The notes below the pieces were generated by a model. That model was not told the DNA's origin, did no database searches, and worked only from the letters and a program-made list of their open reading frames with translations. Both the position numbers and the translations under genes were made by a program. Below, one piece after another: positions 57,432 to 64,000 of a stretch of DNA of 64,000 nt (positions are counted from its first letter, which is position 1; the number at the start of each line of letters is the position of its first letter). Location: NCBI GenBank assembly GCA_964016885.1, contig OZ024747.1:46190001-46254000 (forward strand), written 5' to 3'. This DNA is from Eledone cirrhosa (Eukaryota).

Positions 57432-57628
57432 TTATATTAATAAGATCTCAACACAAATGCTTGGTACCTATGATTTCAAACCTCAACAACCATTTGACAT
57501 AGACATTCTATATCTGATAGTTTAGATAACATTAAACTAGCAAATATAGAATGTTTATGTCATATGGTGATTAAAGTTTGAAAACTTAGGGTATAAAGCA
57601 TTTATTTTGAGATCTTATTCCAATAATA
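57432..57628. repeat. Old degenerate palindrome (MITE- or fold-back-like)
   Basis: Mirror blocks AAGATCTCAA/TTGAGATCTT, AAATGCTT/AAGCATTT, ACATTCTATAT/ATATAGAATGT, TAGTTTA/TAAACTA. Confidence 0.8.
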
Positions 57629-57668
57629 TATTTTCCCCTATATATATATGTATATATGTATATATATA

Positions 57669-57823
<155 letters not shown>

Positions 57824-57825
57824 AT

Positions 57826-58102
57826 TTGTCAGGGCATACTTCTAGGAGACGGCAACTCAGGAAACTGGGATAACTCCGATATAAATCCTGCGGCTCAATA
57901 GTTACCGATGATATTAATCTTTTCTTCTTTTCGGGTTATAGCTACTGTTGCTCAGAGAGTGGGATTGGCTCAGTGCACAATCTTTCCTCACTTTAAAAAA
58001 AAAACCTTTACGCCCAGGCATTGTACGATAGAATTAATAAATAATTATTAATAATGGTATATCGTGCAATCGCCATACTTGATAAGTAGGGGGCAGCCAT
58101 CA
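57826..58102 (+). mobile_element. RTE-UTR-derived element, uninterrupted copy
   Basis: Joins the reverse complements of 41531-41755 and 34601-34641. Confidence 0.72.
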
Positions 58103-58416
58103 TATATTATATATATATATAAAGCTCTCGATCTCACTACCACACGAACCTGAGATAAACACCCTAACTACTAAGCCAAGCGCCTTCACAACAACAATAC
58201 ACACAGATAAAGGAATAGTTGTAATTTAATGAAGCCCCCGTTATACAGACATCATTCAACAATGGTCATGTAATGTTAGTCTCATTTCCTTTTCTATATT
58301 AAACAATTTTGGACAACCTCACCCGGGGTTAGTTGATGTAACATAAAATAATTGTTACTTAATAAATCACCCGAGAAAAAATAGGTGCCACAAGAAGATT
58401 TTATCTTCTGAAATCT

Positions 58417-58508
<92 letters not shown>

Positions 58509-58877
58509 AAAGGAGAGAGAGAGAAATGGGGGAGAGGGAAGGAGAAAGAGTGGAAGGGACAGGGAGAGGAAGAGGGAAGCGGGTGTAGTAATCACTTGAC
58601 AAGTTAGTAAACCATTAATAAATACTTAAAACGCCGAGACACATTTACTTTTTAAGACACTAAGTACGCAATAAAAAACAACAATAACTACATAATACAA
58701 CTTCCCGTTCGGTATTTCTATTATTGCTATTGTATTCTGTTTGCTGGTGTTACTGTTGTTGTGTACCCACTTGTTTCTATTTACTATGTTGCATATATAT
58801 ATGTATATATATGTATATATATATATACATATATATATATGTATATTATATATATATATATGTATATATATATATAC

Positions 58878-58978
<101 letters not shown>

Positions 58979-59104
58979 TATAAATACATATATATCAATA
59001 CATATATACATATTACATATATATACATGTACATATATATATGCATATATGTATAATATATTTATGTATTGTATATATATGTATATATGTACAATATATC
59101 TATG

Positions 59105-59150
<46 letters not shown>

Positions 59151-59854
59151 GTATATGTATGTATGTATGTATGTATGTATGCATGCATGTATGTATTTAC
59201 GTATGTATGTATATGTTTTCCCCTTCTGCGTGTGTAAGTATTTGTGTTTTCCACTCATCTCCGCATCATCAGCTAACTTCTAAATACCTGCATTTTATTT
59301 TAGCCCGAGAAAGTTCGGTGCCAAAATGCGTAATCGTTTTGCTATAGTTCCGTGTAATCAGCACTAATGTATTCTTTGATTGTTTAGACAAATATTGTTC
59401 CGAACTGTCTACACTGACCAAATATTCTGTTATACAGAGCGAGGCAAAGTAAATATATAAATAAATATATATACATCGTATAATAAGTAAAATAAATATA
59501 TAAAAATAATAAAGGAAAGAATTAAATGAAGTAAACCTCGCAACCTGTTTATATTTTGCCGTTTCTTAAAAAAAGAAATGTTTTTTTTTTCACGAAGATT
59601 AATAGAATTTCAAATATCTTACTGTGTTGAAAAGGAAAATGTATTATTCTCTAGGCAGGAATAAATAGTTTTTCTATTAGTAGAAGTCAAGGTTTTTGTT
59701 AAGTTTTTATTTGATTGCAATCAATTTTACTTTTCAAACAAGAATAACAAAAATAACTGTAGCAGCTTTGACTTCAACGATTACATCCACAACAAGAGGC
59801 ACATACAAACACACAAACACATAAATACATAAATACACATATACATACATGCAT

Positions 59855-59907
<53 letters not shown>

Positions 59908-60377
59908 ACATAAATACACGCATACATCCATGCATACACATGCATACACACACACGCACACACACACAGAAATACACATATACATATAGAACTATGTTGA
60001 CTTCCATATTATATGGAATGCTCCGCACCTCCTGGCTAAGACTTAATGTTGTTTTCTTGACAGAAAGGAAAACTATTTCATTAGTGTGGCAAGAATTAGG
60101 TTGTACTTTAGTTCAGATCTTCAGTTTAAAATGGAAAAGTAATTTTAAAACGAGATTTACAACTCATACGAATAGATGGAAATATAATTGAACACCCCCA
60201 CTCACACCCACACACATATATCGAAAGAGATCCGAGAATGTGAAACGTCGGGAGACTTTAAGAGCTGGAACCGATGTAAAGTTTATATTAAAAATAAAAA
60301 CAAACATAACCTACTTTTTAAAGTGGTAAAATGTATTGTGTTCAGTTTCGTATGACTGGGGTTCTTAGATTAAGAGT

Positions 60378-60440
<63 letters not shown>

Positions 60441-60444
<4 letters not shown>

Positions 60445-60630
60445 CGGGTAAAATTTCCGAGATCCATGGGCGAGTTCTCTCCAGCGGTCTCTGTCCCTCA
60501 TTATCGCTGCCATGTCCTGCATCTCCAACAGACCAGTGTCCTGGGTATGACATTAAACTACATCCAGTGGCAAGGCTCCAGTTCGGGAGTTCAGGAGATG
60601 TGGGGAATGTGGAGTTACCCCTTAGTTGTC
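60441..60630 (+). mobile_element. SINE-like dispersed repeat in (TA)n
   Basis: Shared with 45313-45389; TGTCCTGGGTATGACATTAAAC motif. Confidence 0.6.
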
Positions 60631-60644
60631 ATATATATATATAT

Positions 60645-60861
60645 ATTGGTAAACGGAAAAAAAAATGCTGACAAATTGTTCCCAGTGGAAAATAGTTTAG
60701 TTAGGAATAAGAAAAAATTAGTAATAGTATTGGTTAGTATTCAGTTTTCGTTTTAAGTGTTACCGGTTGCGCATTTCTAATGCTTTTCAAAAACAATTTG
60801 TCAGCATTTTCTTTTCCGTTTACCAATATATCATAACTCGTGTGTTACACCTCTATTCTTT

Positions 60862-60864
<3 letters not shown>
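60645..60864 (+). mobile_element. Family B, copy 2 (long inverted arm, short forward arm, tail)
   Basis: Same two termini as 43184-43585. Confidence 0.88.
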
Positions 60865-60959
<95 letters not shown>

Positions 60960-61013
60960 AAGAAAGAAGAGTAACATGGTTGGCTGTACAATAATGGCTT
61001 TATTTAAAGTACT

Positions 61014-61113
61014 GACAATTGTTTCGTTGATCAGGTGTGTCTAGAGTTCGCTAATCCACGACGGGGAGTACTCATAACCTCTAACTGGATTACCTATAAT
61101 GATAACTTGTCAG
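61014..61113 (-). ncRNA. Hammerhead-like motif with long stem II
   Basis: CTGACAA-GTT.ATCA..TGAT.CAAC-GAAA-CAATTG-TC; G8A change; palindromic stem III. Confidence 0.55.
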
Positions 61114-61129
61114 CCTATATATATATATA

Positions 61130-61426
61130 TAGTTATGTAATAAACAACATAAGATAACTATTTCATTTACCAGTGGTTTCTTGAAGACAGATATTTATAT
61201 CTGTCTCAGTCGTCAGAATGAATAACATAGAATGTTTATTAAATATGGATTTGAAAACATTCTATGTTATTCATTCTGACGACTGAAGACAGATATAAAT
61301 ATATGTCTTCAAGAAACCACTGGTAAATGAAATAATTATCTTATGTTGTTTATTACATAACTAAAAAGCTCTGTCGCCTACATAGAGCACTATCTTTTCC
61401 TTTACCTTTCCTACGGAAATACTTCA
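61130..61426 (+). mobile_element. Fold-back element, family E (~107-bp arms, ~63-bp tail)
   Basis: 61130-61237 is the reverse complement of ~61255-61363; (TA)n on both sides. Confidence 0.9.
61270..61331 (+). ncRNA. Type I hammerhead with intact core
   Basis: ttcatt-CTGACGA-C-TGAAGACA..TGTCTTCA-A-GAAA-CC act GG-TA-aatgaa; 6-bp stem I; GUA triplet. Confidence 0.82.
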
Positions 61427-61449
61427 TATATATATATATATATATATAT

Positions 61450-61680
61450 ATAAGGAGAATAAGAAAAACAATAAAAAATGTTAATGGGATTTTCTCATAG
61501 AAACACAGCAAAACATTTATTTAAAAAAAGTAATTTATCGTACCGGTTTCAGCCAAAATTTTATTAGGCCTCTTCATACTACAGGAAATATAATTAGAAG
61601 TGTATAATAGAGTTAAGGTGTATATCAATAAGAAGAGGGTAAAATAGAACATGCTTTACATACATATAAATGAGTTTACA
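61450..61680 (-). mobile_element. Family H pLTR with hammerhead at 61541-61577
   Basis: ATGAAGA-GGCC..GGCT-GAAA-CCGG-TA. Confidence 0.65.
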
Positions 61681-61689
61681 TTTTCGTTT

Positions 61690-62200
61690 ATAACTTTCTC
61701 TCTCTATCTCCCCCCCTCTCTCTCCCTCTCCCCCTCCTCCTCCTCCTTCTCCTTCTTAGTGGTTGGAAATCGAAGTCAGTTTGTTGGCCGTTACCGTTTG
61801 ACTGATGTTGACTATAACTGTAGTAGTAGTAGTAGTGGTAGAAGCAAGGGGAGGGGAACTTGGTTTAGAAGTCGGCTCGTTCGCTGCGCTTGTCCAACTG
61901 GTGTTGACCGCAACTGCAGTAGTAGCAGAGGTAGAAGTAGAGGAGGAGAAGGAGAAGGGAAATGAGGAGGAGGAGGAGGAGGAGGTGGAGAAGAAGAAGA
62001 AGAAGAAGAACAAGAACAAGAAGAACAAGAAGAACAAGAAGACGAAGAAGGAAAAGGCAGAAGACGTAGACGAAGAAGAAAAAAGAAAGGAGAAGAAAAA
62101 GAGGAGGTCTGGTAGTGGTAGAGAAGGAAGGGAAAGACGAAGGAGGGGTAGGCAAAGCAGACGGAGACGACGGTGAGGTGTGGTAGTAATAGTGTCACTA
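61690..62200. repeat. Low-complexity compound repeats (CT, TAG, GGA, GAA)
   Basis: Direct inspection. Confidence 0.85.
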
Positions 62201-62504
62201 TTAATAGTAATAAATGTAGCTGTCCGTGAGACAGACCTAAATGGTAGAGTGACCTTAAAGTTGACTGAGGGAATAATTGTTTCTAAATATATTTATTTTT
62301 CTTAGTATTTTTGTAGGAAATACTGGCGTTTTTAATTTGTCCATTGGTGTCAATGTTGGGTGCTAGTTGTCGTGTCGTCTGTGGTGGATGCATTTAAACG
62401 GGGGTTCGTATTTAGTGATAAAGTATGATTATTTGCTAATGCGTTGAATGTAGGAAGCGTTGTCTTTAATTTTTTTCCCCTCGACAAATTTAAAGATAAC
62501 GCTT

Positions 62505-62578
62505 GCTACATATATTATATATATAATCTTTATCGAGCCCTCTTCGGATTTTGGTCTTCATAATTATTATTACTATAG
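62505..62578 (+). mobile_element. Diverged family A tail fragment
   Basis: TTATCGAGCCCTCTTCGGATTTTGGTCTTCATAATTATTATTACTA. Confidence 0.7.
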
Positions 62579-62640
<62 letters not shown>

Positions 62641-64000
62641 GTGTTTACTTTTTCTTTTGGGAAGATGCTACAATTCAAATAACTATAAATAATAATTGTA
62701 CACGTCGGATACACCACGCCTGGAGTTTGAAAAATGTGCGGACAGAAATGTCAGCACGAATCGAAATGTGTGATTCGAATTCCGCTGGAAGCTTCTGTCC
62801 ATTGATTTCATTGCACACATTCGCGTCTAATCGCTAGCTTTATGATACTTTTCTCCCTCTCACAAGCCTTGGAGGCTCCCCATCAATAAAAGCGCATATT
62901 CCTTCCTGAACTAACCAGTAACCATGTTCATGTATTGGTTCGTATTAATGAAGTTGTTATGGTGCACTTTGAGGATTAATTTTATGACGTCAGCGATGAA
63001 AAGTGACGCTCTGAATACAGAACACATACAGAATGAAAACAAAGCAATTAAATAAAAAGACTAATAATATAAACGATAAATGTTCGCTAAGTAAAACTAT
63101 TCACTTTTCAGTTATTATTAAGAAACAACCAATAGATTGAAAGAAAATGTGTCAAAAATAGCGGGGTCATATTGTTCATTTAAAATTAAGGTCAATATTT
63201 CACCCTAAAGCCAAACTTCATAATAATTAAGATGGACTTGATTGAAAGAAAGAATTGCAAAGAAGCAACAGTAACAACAAAAACCAACAACAATGGCACT
63301 ACAGTATCACCAATAACAATAACCCAAGTTGTCTCTAATTGTGCATTGTATAAATGAAAATAAAAGAGAACAACATGGCTGTATAATTGAGCATTCATCG
63401 AGTGTCTGACCGATTGTCACTCAATCGAACTGGAATGGGATATAGTCTATACATTTTGCTTTGCTTGAAGATATGTCCAAATTATAATTTTCCTATTTTC
63501 ACCTTTCGACAATATAGTAAGCACAGCATTTTCAACAAAAACATCAAAAGCAACAACAACAACAGCAGTAACAACAACAAAAACATTGTTTTAATGAGTT
63601 CTTCGTATATATATGTTAACATATAAAAAATGGTAGGGATATCTTTATACAAGCGAGTATAGATAGAATTTTTTTTTGTCTAGCAGTCCTGTACTCCCAT
63701 AAATGGAGCTTTTTCTCAATTTAATTTCATATGTAATATTGCTTCTCTGATTGAGATGTTTAAGTATTAGAGACTAATTAACATTTAATAGAATTTGTCG
63801 AGTTGTATCAGACGGTCTATTGGCTGCTATTTCTAGCGGTAATATAAGTCCCCGTTTTGGGGCACTCTTTTCATGGCACTCCCCCCGTTTGGGTTTTTAG
63901 AGATTGGTAGGTCTGCACATTCGCACAGACATTTATACATTAGCCGACCAGGTAATACTACCTCCAACTCTAAAGAATTTTAGCCTTAAGCTTAAAGCTT

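Noticed and set aside
61651-62198. Charged or low-complexity ORFs
   Set aside because: Compound trinucleotide repeats open in many frames.
62918-63012. Possible minus-strand exon (ASLFIADVIKLILKVHH...)
   Set aside because: Only splice-like motifs; no recognisable homology or partner exon.

Overview
AT-rich, microsatellite-saturated metazoan DNA, most likely from an Octopus-like cephalopod (inferred from the SINE family and repeat landscape). No confidently identifiable host protein gene; most listed ORFs are artefacts of (TA)n/(CA)n tracts. The window holds a ~3.6-kb 45-bp minisatellite, a near full-length decayed Tx1/L1-clade LINE plus two 3' fragments, a CRE-like RLE fragment, an internally deleted Helitron, about 10 copies of a tRNA-derived SINE, RTE-UTR-derived non-autonomous elements, and several Penelope-like (PLE) RT/GIY-YIG fragments, including Naiad-type ones. 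The most striking signal is a dense population of short non-coding elements embedded in (TA)n tracts. They carry type I hammerhead-ribozyme motifs (about 15 recognisable, several with intact cores and some with family-fixed core variants), and many form asymmetric palindromes (fold-back plus one-sided tail). In one family the fold-back centre coincides with hammerhead stem II, and some tails look like protein-coding N-termini. All calls come from manual reading; no searches were run.
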